Shown: positions 12,653 through 26,100, numbered from the stretch's first letter. The stretch is 64,000 bases of DNA from Marsupella aquatica (GCA_973895155.1 OZ316899.1:7381241-7445240), one strand, 5' to 3'. Notes: generated by a model from the letters alone, not told the origin. Program-made: numbers and translations.

Positions 12653-15600
12653 TTTCCCTTTGCGGCGTGATCCAGTGATTTTCCAACTTACATGACTCAA
12701 AGGCCACAGGACGCCCATCTTGGTGAAGACAGGCGCCAATGGCATAATCACTTGCGTTTGTCCAAATCTCGAACGGCTTCCCCATCTCAGGTAACTTTAG
12801 AACCGGCGGCGTTATCATTAACCTCTTAAGTTCTAGGAATGCTAACTCGCAATCCTATGTCCACACAAACACTTTGTTTTTCAACGTTAGCGCGTTTAGG
12901 GGCCTTGCGATCCTCGCATAGTCTTTCATGTATCTCCGATAGAACCCCGTAAATCCTAAGAAGGCTCTAACTTGCCTTACATTGGACGGGCGCTCCCATT
13001 CTTTGATCTCCTTAAGCTTGTCGTGACTAGGCGTAATCCCTTCCGGGGTAAAGGTATGGCCGAGGAACTGAATCTCGTTCATCGCAAACTTGCACTTGCT
13101 AGGTTTAGCAAAGAAACGAGCCTTACAAAGGCGAGAGAACACTTCTCTGAGCAACTGCTCATGTTCCTCCAACGTTTTCGAGTAGATTAGGATGTCGTCA
13201 ATAAAGACGACCACTCCTTGGTCCAACAAGTCATGAAATATGGTATTCATCATCTTCATGAACATTGCGGTTGCATTACACAACCCGAACGACATAACCA
13301 AAAACTCATAGGATCCGAACCTTGTGCGCATCGCGGTCTTATACTTGTCTCCCTTAGCCATGCGGATCTGGTAATACCCAGACCGCAAGTCCACCTTTGA
13401 AAACTTCTTAGCCCCGGAGAGGCAATCAAAGAGGTCATCCATATGAGGTAACGGCTACTTGTTCTTTACCGTCTGCTTATTGAGGGGGCCTGGTAATCTG
13501 CGCACAATCTCAAAGTACCATCCTTTTTTGACACAAACAGCGCGGGCGCCCCGTAAGGACTCTTACTAGGGCGAATGAACCCTTGGTCAATCAACTCTTC
13601 CAAGGCGTTCTTCAACATCATTCGCTCATTCAGGTTCAGACGATAGGGAGCTTTAGTCTGAGGAGCCAATCTTGGCTCCAACTCAACTTGGTGATCCACT
13701 TCTCTCATTGGGGGTAAACCTTTAGGTAGCTTTTGCAAAAGCACGTTGTTGAATTCCTCTAAAATTTCAGGAATTCGACCGCAGTCGGGCTTGACCTTAG
13801 CTGACTTGACCTTTGGCTGCGACGCAGCCTCCTTAGTTGGGTGGAGATGAAAGAAGAAACATTCATGTCCACCCTTGAAGTCTTTCCACCCTTGAAGTCT
13901 TTCCACCGTTGCTTCACCGATACAGACGGAGACATCCACGACACTTTACTTACTTTAAGACATCTTTCTTTATTTTCGGTAATTTTGTGTACAACGATGG
14001 GCTCACCGCCCTTATTGGGAAAATGGAGCACTTCACCCCCCGGTTTCAAGGTAACATTGTGCTTTCTGAGATAACCTACCGACAAAATGAAGTCTACGGC
14101 TAGACCGTCTAGAACATAGAACATCTCCTGACTAACAAAATTTTGTTGTTTGCCTATGACCTCTACCCAAAGTCTATGCACTACTCTCGACACTATCCCC
14201 TTCGTGTCGTTGGCGAACTTGCACACTAACGGTTGTAGCAACTCTTGCACGTCCACCCCAAGACTAGCTGCCGCCTGCCCTCTTATGAAGTAGGCGGTCG
14301 CGCCTGTATCCACCAAAGCAACACCCAGATTACCGTTAGAAGTGACATTCACAAAAATCAGTTTTCAGGATCCATTGTCTTAACTTTAGTATCTTCTCTT
14401 GCAACAACACCCTCTCTCCGTCAGGGACATCCCCTATAGGGACCTTGTCAGCTACTAAGGGTTTGGTTAGAGCGATACTTACCTTAATGCTCTTCTGCCC
14501 TCCACCATCTCCGTTTGGCTTGCCACCTTTTGTGGGACAATCCTTACTTTGATGGCCCATGGCACCACATGTGAAGCACAAACCTTCAGCCCGCCTCTGC
14601 TCCATGGTCGCCTGCTTCTTTGCTTTCTGTGCCGATGAGGCTCCTTTCTTAAAGTTGCCAGCCTTCTGGTTTCGCTTAGCTTCTCCATTCTGGGGTTGGG
14701 GATCCAAACCACCGGCCCCCGCCCCCTCAAATTGCTTATGCTTATTCCCGGGACCTTTTGCTTTCCTAGCTTCCCCCTCGAATCCCTTGCCACCCACCTT
14801 CGCCAAGTCCGGTTGGTTATTCACCAACATAGTGGCCTTGTCGAAGGCATCAGAAAGCGTTTTGAACTCATGACACTTTTCCTGCAACTTTTCCCTGAGC
14901 AACGGCGGGAGCTTTACGATAAAGTTGTGAAGCTATGTATGTAGGGTCTCTTGTCCCGTCGGGATACACGCCAACTGATTCTGGTAATAATTGATGAACT
15001 TTTGGATATCACCCCTGAAGCTCATCTCCATTACACATTTCTGGGCGTGCCGCTCCGGGTACTTAGTGGTGACATGAGCACAGAGACCCTCAACCAGGTT
15101 TTCCCAAGTTAATAGCAAGGAGGAGTCCTCTCACGACTTCTTCCATGACTTGTACCAAGTCAAGGCATAGTCCTTCAGGTAAGGAGCGGTTGCGGTAGCC
15201 CAAGTGGAACGCTCAACGCACGCTCGGAGATGAATCTCCATCGTGGAGAGCCAACTCAAGAACTTTTGTCCACTTTGTTCGTAGGCCCCTTCGTAAGTTG
15301 GAGGAGTTGGTAGCTGGTTCACTTGGAACATACTCCGTCTAACTACCATTCCCCCCTCGGGATGCGACGCACTCCGACTACCCAGACTAAGTAAGTACTT
15401 AATCTGGGCCCCCTTGTTGTGTTCCAACTGCTCATAGATGAGTTGTTGGTCTTGAGTCAACAGACCCAGACTGTCGTCAATGGCCGGGCCCTTGCGGGTT
15501 GTATGAGGACGGTCCTCCAACCGTCTTTCCTTTGCGGGCCGCCTGTCCTTAGGTTCTTTTGTGAATTTTGGTGATACCCCCCGCGTCTTGCGAGCACCAT

Positions 15601-16039
15601 GACCTCCCGGGACTGAGGTATCACCCGTGTCATCCTGGTTTTGCTTGGTCAAATTATCCATGATGACGTCTGGCTCGACATCATCCTTTGGTTCCGCATT
15701 CAACCCTCTCAAGGCTGGGATCAGTTCCTCCTCTGGATCCTGACCCTCTTCCTCTATTTTGGCTTCAACCTTGTCGTCGCTTCCTTCTGCGTCGGAGTTG
15801 TTGTCATCCGACCCATCCTCTAAAGGATCAACCACCTCCTTCCCTTTAAGTTGATGGTGCTCTGCACTTGACGTGTTTGCCGTAGCGGTCGACGGTTCGG
15901 CCGTTGCGTCTTCTTCGTCCTGCTTATAACGTTTGTCTAGGGAAGTTGACCCGTCCTCCTTCTGTTCATCTTGGACTTGGGCTCTCCCCTTGGTGGGGGG
16001 AGCCTGTTTGCCACTCTTTGATCGAGTGTTTTTAGCCAT
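12653..16039 (-). pseudogene. Ty3/gypsy (chromovirus-type) gag-pol, truncated within RNase H
   Basis: Motifs CFTCGAMGHQSKDC, ALVDTGAT, FIRPSKSPYGAP, DLRSGYYQIR, FIDDILIYS and TNASDYAIGA...GRPVAFES. Confidence 0.93.
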
Positions 16040-16170
16040 GTTCCCAGCGACCAAATCTGCCCGCAGTCGACCCACCGGGCACGTTGAAGCACTAAGTCCC
16101 CGCAAAAATCCGCTAAGATTTTGGATTCCAACTTAACACAACCTCGGCCCAGTGTCTATGCCAGCAATCG

Positions 16171-16181
16171 CTCTGATACCA
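16171..16181 (-). promoter_or_regulatory. Primer-binding site (tRNA-iMet)
   Basis: TGGTATCAGAG on the minus strand, between the LTR and gag. Confidence 0.9.
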
Positions 16182-16183
16182 CA

Positions 16184-17679
16184 AGTGGTGGACCTCGCCA
16201 CCCAACGCCCTCACCAATCCCAGCACTCGCGCCTAAGTGCCCTTGGTGTCTGAACGCCTCCACGGAATACCTCGAGCAAGCACCCAAGTGCCTCTTGCAC
16301 CACCAGCGGCCCCTCCCATATGAAGCTGCACTTGCTCACCTACATGACCGCCACTCAACGATCCTCACTGTCTGCACAAGCAACCAAGCACCTCGGTAGG
16401 TAACCCCTCAGGATCTAGAACTCCCCAAGTCTAGCATCCTAACTCAAACTCAACAGACGTTGGTAAATAGGTCAGCAATAGGTCCTCCCGACGCCATAAG
16501 CAGGAACCAGAACCCACGCCCACTATTCGTCCAGAACAGTTCCTTCCTTGGGCGCGGCCCGGGTTCCCCATCGTACCTATCCATCACCAACTGACCGCCC
16601 TGACCCCAGGACATGCTCGTGGCCCAAATAGCGTAGCTTGTCCCAAAGCTTGTCCTAAGCTTGTCCCAACACGCCGAGACCAGAACGGCCCCGACTCTAG
16701 CAACCGCTCCTGGTTCACCCCACTGGTGGTCTAGGGGCTGAGCACCGTTGGAACTCAGCCTCCACAACTACTTGGCCTTGTCTCCCCAACACAAGCTCCC
16801 TTGGGAGACTGAACGCGGCTTGGCTGCTGTTTGGCAGGATTCGGCAAGTGGGCGAGCTAACACCCGCAAACCACAAGAACCCATGGCACCCCCAGACCCA
16901 GCTAATATCAGGAGGACGTAGCCCTCCTCAAGATATTTCCAATGCACCCAAGAAGTCCTCCAACGGACTTCCCGTTGGGAAGATATCGCCATTTCCGTTT
17001 GGCGGTTTCCCTTAGTGTCGCGACCACCGCGACTCACGACTTCGGCTCGGCCTTAGTCCCCAGGGAGACACCACTCCCCTCATATATGCTTCTGGAGACC
17101 TGCCACCCCCGGACCAGCTTTGGTCCCTAAACATTTGGCCCCCAACCCGGATCCCATCGCGCATAATGGGCGCACCACCAACTGGCAACGCCCATAACTT
17201 TCTTGATAGGCATCCGCAAGCTGAGTGTCTTAGCCCGTTGTGACCGGGCCGACCCAGTGCTCATGCCTAGGCCCTCAGGTCTGATCGCCGCTTGGGGCCC
17301 CCGACCGGCCCAACCCGGATCAGGCCACAACTTGCACCCCAAGCGTCCGTTGCCAATGGCGTCAACTCCATTGGCTTTGGGCCCAAGAGGAGCTCACTCC
17401 CAAGCCCTCAAAACTCAAAGTCCATCCGAAGGTCTGGACGGCCATCCTTGAGCCCGGCCCATTTCCCCTTGACCCGACCAGCCATAGGCTAGTCCAAGTC
17501 CTTAGTGTGTGTCCCTAGCTTGGCCCCTTGCCTTGCCAGTGCCACGTCTCATTGCCCACAAGTCTCCCCATGCTAAGTCCTCCCCGGATGGCCTATCCGG
17601 GCCTGGACCATAAGGGAGCTTGGCGTCAAAGTTAGCGATGCCGGAGCTAAGTGTTAAGGTAGTCGAGTTCCGCGACTCA
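16184..17679 (-). repeat. 5' LTR of the minus-strand gypsy (about 1.5 kb)
   Basis: Begins TGAGTCGCGG exactly where homology of transposase B to copy A stops (after MADNAQVGWN). Ends next to the PBS. Confidence 0.75.
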
Positions 17680-19392
17680 TTCCAACCAACTTGAGCATTG
17701 TCCGCCATAAAACCATCAATGTGGACATCGTGAAGACCGTTCTCATCAGCCACCTCCAACATTAAACGCCAAGCCCTCTCAAGGGATTTTGTATCTTCTG
17801 TTCGCAACTCGCAAGTGAATATCGTGCAAAGTGCACAATAGTTATGGTCATAAACATGCACACTAAACGTAAGCCAATCCTTTGTCATTCGATGCATCAC
17901 ATCAAAACTTACCCACGCACCCTCAAGAGGCCCTCCGGGCCTCATCTTTCGAAGAAGATCCAGACCATAGCCTTCACCCTTAGTGGACATCTTGAAAATG
18001 TGTGCACTCTCATCTCGAGACCCTTGCCCCGACAACAAGAACCTTTGCAGAAATGGGAATGCAATGTTCTTCTGCATGCTTACCAGAAATTCCAATTCAC
18101 CTCTTCCTTTCTGGTCTTGATGGATACTCCTCAGAAGGTTCACAAATTTCTGAGTTGAGATGGCTTGAAGAGATTCAAAAATCTTGGTCTCTTCTATTGG
18201 GATCATGTCTTGAACTGATGACTCACACATTGCCTTAAAAAGAGACCCGGTGACGGTGTTCTTCGTACCCGCCGCAGTTGCACACGGATTCAAAGTCAAA
18301 CCTTGTTCCATGTGCATCTTTGCAACTTTCTCCGCCTCTCTTGAAAAAACTTGCTTGCTCGGATGGTTATGATGTCCGATGTGAATGGCAAGCCGCAACA
18401 TATGCTTAGCAGACTCGACATCAACTTTGGAAGACACATACATGTAGAACATCATCGCTGGACAAGACTCAACACAAAATGGGCGCTCCCAACAATAATG
18501 ACAAACAATCCCACCCTCAGGAATGAGTTGCCCGACTATGTGCGGTCTAGAGATCTTAGGAACTCTTGCCCAAAACTTTGCATTCCTCCTTTTCTGTTCG
18601 GCCCAGAACTCACATGAATTGTTACTATATTCTAGGGAACCCGTGCAAAAGACTTTCCCAAAATCCCACACCTTTTTTGGGAGAACATTTGCGGAAGTTG
18701 TGACAATCCAAGTCCAATAGTTTAGGGTTTAGGGTTTAGGGTTTAGGGTCCTTGCTCCGATCCATGTCCTGAAGGCGTTCACCTTTTGAGCAAACTCCAA
18801 CAACTGGAGGCAGTTCAAAAACAATATTCCCATTGTACGTGCCAGGCAAGCTTGATACTTGCTCAAATTGGTAATCATTCCTTTGCATGAATCTTGAGAT
18901 CTCACTCTGGCCCTTTGATTGTAGAATCGTATCAAGAGCACTCCTCCGGTACACAACTGAATCGGTTGTCCGCCCATCGACCGTCTCCACTTTCACGTTG
19001 TTCTCAGGAAGACAAAGCTTTGCCAAATCTTCATCATCGCTACTATCTGAAAGGTCAATCAAATTGACTTTCAACTTCCCCTTTAAGGAGGATGGTACCT
19101 CAAATTTTCCCAAACTAACGATGTCATACTTCACCCCACCGCACAACCTCCAATACCGAACTCCTTCAATGAAATAAACATCAACCACCAGTTCCTCTCC
19201 CGAGATAACTATTTGCTGTATGTTTTCCCTAGGAATTCCAAACCTGGTGGCAAGATATTCCTCAAAAATTTCATCATTTTTCTTCGGAGCGGTGAGAAGG
19301 ATTGTCAGAGGTCTCCAGGCGGACAGCAAGAAATTACAATTCGTGAATCCATTGGAAATGGCGTACAGAAGTGTGAGGCCGCCTAAATTCAT
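17680..19392 (-). pseudogene. MULE-like transposase, copy B (N-terminal Zn finger and partial DDE core), truncated
   Basis: Motifs LPGTYNGNIVFELPP, CTGSLEYSNNSC, CHYC, GHHNHP, WVSFDVMHR and GFMADNAQ, collinear with 37641-39290. Confidence 0.85.
18721..18748 (+). repeat. Interstitial telomeric repeat (TTTAGGG)4
   Basis: Four perfect units inside the transposase B coding sequence. They are absent from copy A. Confidence 0.95.
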
Positions 19393-19541
19393 TTGTGCTG
19401 AAGAAAACTGTTACGAATACGACAAAGTGACCTATCAGCAATGAATGCTTGTCATTTTCTAACTGAATTACACATGTCAGTACCTACCAAGAAAAGCTTA
19501 TTGATCCAAATTTGAACATAAATTTCAATGCACACAAATAA

Positions 19542-20057
19542 TAGCGCCTAGCGCTAAGTAAGTGAGATGAAAAATTCAAGCTCCATATGCACATAATAAT
19601 ATATGTTTTGACACGCATCATCTCAGATGACACGATTGTCCAAGTTCCCTTTGATAGCGCCAGGCGCTAGCAAATATATTTCAAGCATATTTGGTCTGTA
19701 ACGGTACCTCCCAATGCTAGCGCCAGGCGCTATCAAAGGAGTACTCGATAATCAAAAGGTAACTTGAACGGTTATCTGGTTAAAGTTTATTAGCGCCCGA
19801 CGCTAGTAAACTATTTGAAAAGAAATGTTATTTTCTCAAAGGAATATTATGTTCCGTGTTATATAGATGAGAGGATAAAGAGACCATAATGACATCTCCC
19901 TATGCTAGCGCCAGGCGCTAACTAAACTTTGACTCAATTGTTAAAGGTTCTATAATGTAACATTCTATGATAAATTACAATTTCTTGAAGGAATATGATG
20001 TTAATGATAGATTCATGGAACTGTCACAACGGACGCCAATGATAGCGCCCGACGCTA
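19542..20057. promoter_or_regulatory. Cluster of six 15-bp palindromes TAGCGCCNGGCGCTA in the divergent-promoter region of copy B
   Basis: Copies start at 19542, 19655, 19718, 19791, 19906 and 20043. Confidence 0.85.
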
Positions 20058-20173
20058 TCTAATAACGACTTGCTCTTCAACGGTAACTTCAACGGACATT
20101 TTAGTCCATTCGAGTCTAATATTTATGGAGGTAGTAGATCAATGGTAACTTAAATGGATACCTTTTTACGCAC

Positions 20174-20414
20174 TGTTAAACACTAATTCTTACCTACGAT
20201 TAACCCAACTTAACCCTTCTCTATTCATTCGCGTTTGTATTAACCAATTAATCGTCCAACAACAGGGTAATCTAGTAAATCGTTTTCATATTTTGAGAAT
20301 GTAATTTCAGCTGAATGTTCTTCGATGTCTACTTCTTCTTTCCACTTCCTGGGTACAATCGACTCAGTTAATACTAATCCTTCCCTGTATACAATTTCTA
20401 TAAATCCACACCAC
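20174..20414 (-). repeat. Inverted copy of the LTR 3' end (U5)
   Basis: Reverse complement of 20705-20945 and of about 43532-43772. Confidence 0.92.
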
Positions 20415-20945
20415 AGCATAACGGAGTAATCGTTGAATTGACATTCTACTTACGAATAGCCTTTCTTGATCTACTTCACAGCATAAGTAATTGATTGAAC
20501 TCTTGGTGGGAGTATCAATGAGACGATTGGATCTAATCAGATCACAATCACTGGAAGTATGAATACTAGCGACAAGGATAGGAAGAATTCCTCGCTAATT
20601 AGGCTCAGGCCAATTGAACTGTGGATCTATTCGATTGGTTCGCACCTAATTACTCGTCGGTTAAGGGAAGAGAGTATTCCAATTTGTATTTTCACTTATC
20701 GTGAGTGGTGTGGATTTATAGAAATTGTATACAAGGAAGGATTAGTATTAACTGAGTCGATTGTACCCAGGAAGTGGAAAGAAGAAGTAGACATCAAAGA
20801 ACATTCAGCTGAAATTACATTCTCAGAATATGAAAACGATTTACTAGATTACCCTGTTGTTGGACAATTAATGGGTTAATACAAATGCAAATGAATAGAG
20901 AAGGGTTAAGTTGGGTTAATCGTAGGTAAGAATTAGTGTTTAACA
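20415..20945 (+). repeat. Truncated 5' LTR (last about 530 bp only)
   Basis: Matches about 43242-43772 and ends TAACA before the PBS. Confidence 0.9.
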
Positions 20946-20948
20946 TTT

Positions 20949-20966
20949 TGGCGACCATACTGGGGA
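20949..20966 (+). promoter_or_regulatory. Primer-binding site TGGCGACCATACTGGGGA
   Basis: TGG start lies 3 nt after the LTR-terminal CA. The cognate tRNA was not determined. Confidence 0.8.
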
Positions 20967-21074
20967 ATGCCTCTTTGAAGGGTTCCTAGAGAAGGAAGCT
21001 GCTAGTACTTGCAGCCCGAACCAAGAAACGGTTGGAAACAGATCAAGAAGTGAGTTCAACGGAAGAAAAACAAA

Positions 21075-21657
21075 ATGAGTGAGAGGAAAGAATTTTGGAC
21101 ATTATTCTATTTTAATGAAGATGTGGAATTGCCCATTATTACGATGCTGAATGAAGAAGAGTACAAGAACTTGATAAGCGGAGAAAACAACGCTAGAAGA
21201 GGAGATGTCATACTGATCGTGCATACCACCATGGCGGAGACTGAACTGGTGATACGAGAAGCACATAACGGAGTGTGGGGGGTTTGCAGACGCGCAACAC
21301 ATCCTCGGCTCAGTCTACTCAAGACCTTTGACAGCAGTGATAATGGTGCCCAGTAACAATCTGCCGAGGTGCTGCATACCAAGTCGACTTCCAAAGAAGA
21401 AAGTTGAGTTAAAGAGAGTGTTGGAGTGGTGTCGATGGAATCGCAACGAGTATCCAGTAGCAATCGCACTCCAAATTGGTAGGATTACTAGACGGCTGAG
21501 TATAAAGCTTAAAGAGAATACAAGAGCTTGCAAAAGTTGTATGTTATGGTGCAAGGAGGATAGTTTCGAGTATTATTTGTTAACCCAGCTACTAATGATG
21601 TGCTTCGAGACGGAGTTGATGACTCCAGAGGATTATACACCCACAATTAGCAAATAG
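21075..21657 (+). CDS. Extra ORF(s) upstream of gag, unknown function
   Basis: ATG ORF 21075-21356 and overlapping ORF 21328-21657 lie between the PBS and gag, the position of ORF1 in Ogre/Tat-type elements. Confidence 0.35.
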
Positions 21658-21825
21658 AGGTTGTTCCAATGGAGCACATAGTCTTAGTTAAGTAAAGGAG
21701 ACGGTATCAATCTTGTATGCACTGAGAAAGCGGATTATTATTTAATTACAACAAATTTTTGGAAATGACTTTACCTTGAAGTTGTGAATGATGGTTGATC
21801 GATCTTGATTAAGTACGATTGATAG

Positions 21826-23157
21826 ATGGGTAAAACACCAATTAGAGAAGAAGAAATGGAGAGTGAATTTGAAGCCTTTCAACAAAGTAGGCCAAGAGTA
21901 GAAATCAACGATAGAATCGAAACATCCAGAGCACAAGAGAGAGAAGAGCAAGTTATAGAAGATACAATGGAGCGACTTAAGATTCAACCTACAGGCAAAA
22001 GTAACTTGAGAATAGTGCCAACTGCAACCCGGCGAGTTAAAATACCAACTTTTAAAGGAGCATCGGACGAGGATGCACATACACATTTGGCTCGGTTTGA
22101 GGAGATGCTCAGAGCTAATCATGAACAAAATGATACAGCACGATTAGAGCTATTTCCGAGTTCTTTGGACAAGGAAGCATTTGTATGGTACACACAGTTT
22201 CCCGCTGATCACTTTAAAACCTGGCCTGATTTTGCAAAAGAGTTTCTAGATCATTATAGGAGAGCAAAAGAAGAGTCAGATCTTTACAGTATACTACAGA
22301 ACATGACACAAAAGAAGGGTGAACCGGTGCAAAATTATATCGGACGATTAAAAGTAACTATGAGACAATTAACAAACAAACCCTCAGATGGTCAAAGGAT
22401 TAGTTGGATGAGGAAAGCAGTAAAAGGAAGTCTAGTAACTGTGGTAGAACAAAATCCTACTTCTAACGCGGACGAGTATGAAAAAATATTAATACGATTA
22501 GAAGGCATCACTCAAATGTTGAATCAGGAGAAAAATGAAAGCAGTAAAGAGGAGGAAAAAGTGAGTCGTAAGGCGGAAACAGCTAAAATTGAAAGCAAAG
22601 AGATTAAGGAACGACAGGAAAACAGAGAACGAAATGAGAATAGTAACCAGAAATTTTGCGAAATTCACATGAGGCCAGGACATACCACTCAAGAATGTAA
22701 CCAAAATCCCTTTAAGAAAAGAACAAACGTGGGAGTCAATCATGTAGGAACAAGTAAACAAGAGGGAGATCGTATAGAGGCTAGCCAAGGTTACTACAAT
22801 CCTGACAGAAATCTTAATTGGAGGCCGTATAAAGAAGGGGGAGTCAAATACCCCCCTATTTGTTTTTACTGTCGGCTGACAGGACACATAAGAGGCCCAG
22901 ATTGCGAATTATGGATGAAACACATGAAGGAAAAGGAAGAAGTTGCAGCAAAAACCCCAGCACCGGTAAACACAGTAAAGGTAGCAGCTTATGTGGTGAC
23001 CAGCTCTCAAGGACAACTTGGAGAGTCGACGCCAGAAGACCTTCCGACCGGGAATGAGGCCATTTTTGATTGGCAGCGTATGGACACGACGACACACAAT
23101 GTGGCCGACGGAATTCGTCAAGAACAGCAAAACGAGGTATTACCTCAACCAGGATGA
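21826..23157 (+). CDS. gag: Gypsy gag
   Basis: Retrotrans_gag-like motif LFPSSLDKEAFVWY...F. Knuckles CEIH..PGH....C and CFYC..TGH....C. Confidence 0.88.
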   Translation: MGKTPIREEEMESEFEAFQQSRPRVEINDRIETSRAQEREEQVIEDTMERLKIQPTGKSNLRIVPTATRRVKIPTFKGASDEDAHTHLARFEEMLRANHEQNDTARLELFPSSLDKEAFVWYTQFPADHFKTWPDFAKEFLDHYRRAKEESDLYSILQNMTQKKGEPVQNYIGRLKVTMRQLTNKPSDGQRISWMRKAVKGSLVTVVEQNPTSNADEYEKILIRLEGITQMLNQEKNESSKEEEKVSRKAETAKIESKEIKERQENRERNENSNQKFCEIHMRPGHTTQECNQNPFKKRTNVGVNHVGTSKQEGDRIEASQGYYNPDRNLNWRPYKEGGVKYPPICFYCRLTGHIRGPDCELWMKHMKEKEEVAAKTPAPVNTVKVAAYVVTSSQGQLGESTPEDLPTGNEAIFDWQRMDTTTHNVADGIRQEQQNEVLPQPG

Positions 23158-23199
23158 TTAACACATTCTGAACCCTATGCTGAGGTTGAAACTTAGATT

Positions 23200-26100
23200 T
23201 TGGAAGAACAAGAACCGATCCCCAATTTAAACTCGGATCAATCGTGTGATAACGACAATCTACCAGCACCGCCAGAAGAAGCAAGCAAAAGGATGGCTGA
23301 CAAGCTAGTGCAGCTTATATCAAAAACACGGGTAGATCTTACTATAGAAGAGTTGTTTCAATTAGCACCACAATGTAAGGAAGCAATGTTAAGAAAGCTG
23401 GAGGGTAAAACAACCCTGACAACATTGCCAGGAGTACCTTTATATCAAGCAAGAAAAATTTCTTTTATCGATAAAGGAGCAGTAGTCCAAATAAGTGTAA
23501 AGGGAATCAAATTGAAGAATGTTATATTAGATGGAGGATCTGCAGTAAATCTTATGAGTGAACGGACGTATAGAATGTTGGGAAAAGTGAAATTATTACC
23601 AGCACCTTTTAATTTAGTAATGGCTGATCAGAGCAGTTGTCACCCACTAGGCTATGTGCCAGACTTACCTATGTTAATCTCCGGCATAAAGTATAATCTG
23701 GGCGTAGTAGTTCTAAGGGACGCAGATTCTACCATGGGGCAACCGATGCTGTTGGGACGGCCATGGCTACGGCAGGCCAAGGTTAAGCAACACTAGGGTG
23801 AAGACAAAGATTATATTAAAATTGAACATCGTGGAGAAATATTCAAGATTCGTACCAAAGCCATCGATGATAGCACGCCGCCCATGGCTAGGGTATGTAC
23901 ACTTAATTGGGCTGAAGGGTTGAATGAAGAGGAAGAAGAAACTTATATGAAATGTCGTCCTGACTTAATACCAATTAGTGAAGTGGAAGTGGTTAAATTA
24001 GACGACATACAAGGGATGACCAGAGAGAAAATGGATCATGATTTGAGAAGTGATTTATTGAATCACATCAACCCACAAGGCATTCAAGATTGCGCTGCAG
24101 TAGAGGAAGAAGCTTCTACGACTTTGAAAAATATTCCAGAAAAAGTCATCAGCTGGAGGAGGTGTTTACAAAAGACAGCAAACAGGAAACAGGATTTAAT
24201 AACAGAAACTGGTAACAGGAAAAAAAACTGGTAACAGGAAAATGGGTGGAAATTATTTTTGAATTATTTTTGAATTTTTCTCTTGGTCGACCAGTTTTTT
24301 TTGCTAGCGCCTGGCGTTGCTAATAGTAGCGCCCAAAGCTAGCCAAAAATGTTGCATTGTTAATTTTTTTTGGAAATAACATGTTTTATGAGACATTTTT
24401 AAATTATCATTTTTCCTGGTAATAGTGATTTTTTCCTAGTAACAGCATATTAAAAATAGGAAAAAAATTTCCTGTTTACCTGTTTCCTGTCTCCGTCGCT
24501 ATACCTAGCTGGAGTGCTACTGAAGAAGAACATACTCAAAAGATTAATTTGGGCGACGATGAAAAACCACGAGAGGTAAAAATTGGGAAGCAACTGACGC
24601 AAGAAATCAAACAACAACTTACCACTCTACTTGAGAGGAATTCAGGGACGTTTTTGCTTGGGATTATACCGAGTTAAAAGGAATACCAGAAACGATCGGA
24701 GTGCATCGGATAAGGTTGATACCAGGATCGGTACCAGTACAGACGCAACGGTATCGAATGAACCCGAATTATGCTGAGAAGATCAAAGAGGAAATACAAA
24801 GATTACTGGATGCAAAATTTATGGAACCCGTTAATCGTTACACATGGTTATCACCCATAGTAGTAGTACCAAAGAAAAATGGGAAACTCAGGGTATGCAT
24901 TGATTTCCGCAAGCTAAATGCAGCAACGATTAAAGACCCATTTCTTGTACCTTTCCTGGAAGCAGTATTAGACGTCGTAGCAGGTAAATCCGCATATTCA
25001 TTTCTGGATGGTTACAGTGGATACAGTCAGGTACGATTAACTTTGGAAGCAAGAGAATTAACAATGTTTATTACGGAATGGGGTGCGTTTCAATGCTTAG
25101 TACTACCTTTTGGATTATGTAATGGACCCAGCACATTTCAGAGGCTTATGATGATGCTGTTCCATGAATACTTAAATCAGTTCATGCAGATCTTTCTTGA
25201 TGACTTTACAATCTATGGGGAGGAAGAACAGCACATTAACCACCTAAGATTATGTCTGTTAAGATGTAGAGAAGGAGGGGTCAATTTAAATCCAGACAAA
25301 TGTACATTTTTTGTACCGTCAAGGAAAATATTGGGTCATATTGTATGCAAACAAGGTCTATTAGTGGATCCTGACAAAATTAAGATTATAAAAGAAATGC
25401 CAGTACCCACAAGTGCAACGCAAGTGAGAAGGTTCTTAGGGAGTGGAGGGTTCTATCGACGATACATCAAGGGTTACTCGCAAATCAGCGCTCCTCTAGC
25501 GCGATTAACGGGTAATCATCAAACTTTCAAATGGGACGACAACTGTCAAAAGGCTTTTGAGGAAATCAAGGAGCGACTGTGTCATATGCCAATACTTAAG
25601 GAGCCAGATTGGAAGAAGGAGTTCCATCTGCACACCGACGCATCATTGGTGGCAGTTGGAGCAGTATTAGCGCAAACCAGAGAACAGGGTATTGATTTAC
25701 CTGTTTACTATGCAAGTAGATTATTGAATGTGCATGAAAAGAATTATACCACCGCTAAGAGAGAAGCATTGGCTATGATTTTTGCTGTGAAGAAATTCAG
25801 ACACTACTTGTTAGGGAACCATTTTGTATTCTTCGTAGACCACAACGCTCTGGTTAACTTAGTACAAACCTCAATTATCAGGAAGAATAACCAGATGGAT
25901 TCTTTTATTGGCAGAGTTTGATTACACAATTATTTACAAACCAGGAAAAACACATGTTATACCAGATTATTTGAGTAGACTAGAATCAGGGGAGGTATCC
26001 ACCGTAGAAGATGATCAATTACCTGACATGGGATTATTCCAAGAGGAAAGGGGAAACCACCCGATAAAATTGATTACTTTGGATGATGGAACCGATTTAG

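Noticed and set aside
17502-17679. C-terminal tail of the 389-aa ORF
   Set aside because: It is read-through into the inserted gypsy LTR.
19542-20057. Palindromes with unique spacers resembling a CRISPR array
   Set aside because: The repeat is only 15 bp, spacing is irregular (63-137 bp), copies also occur singly in introns, there are no cas genes, and the context is eukaryotic.
20559-20879. Duplicated 106-aa ORF (also 43386-43706)
   Set aside because: The duplication is explained by the LTRs, and there is no recognisable domain.
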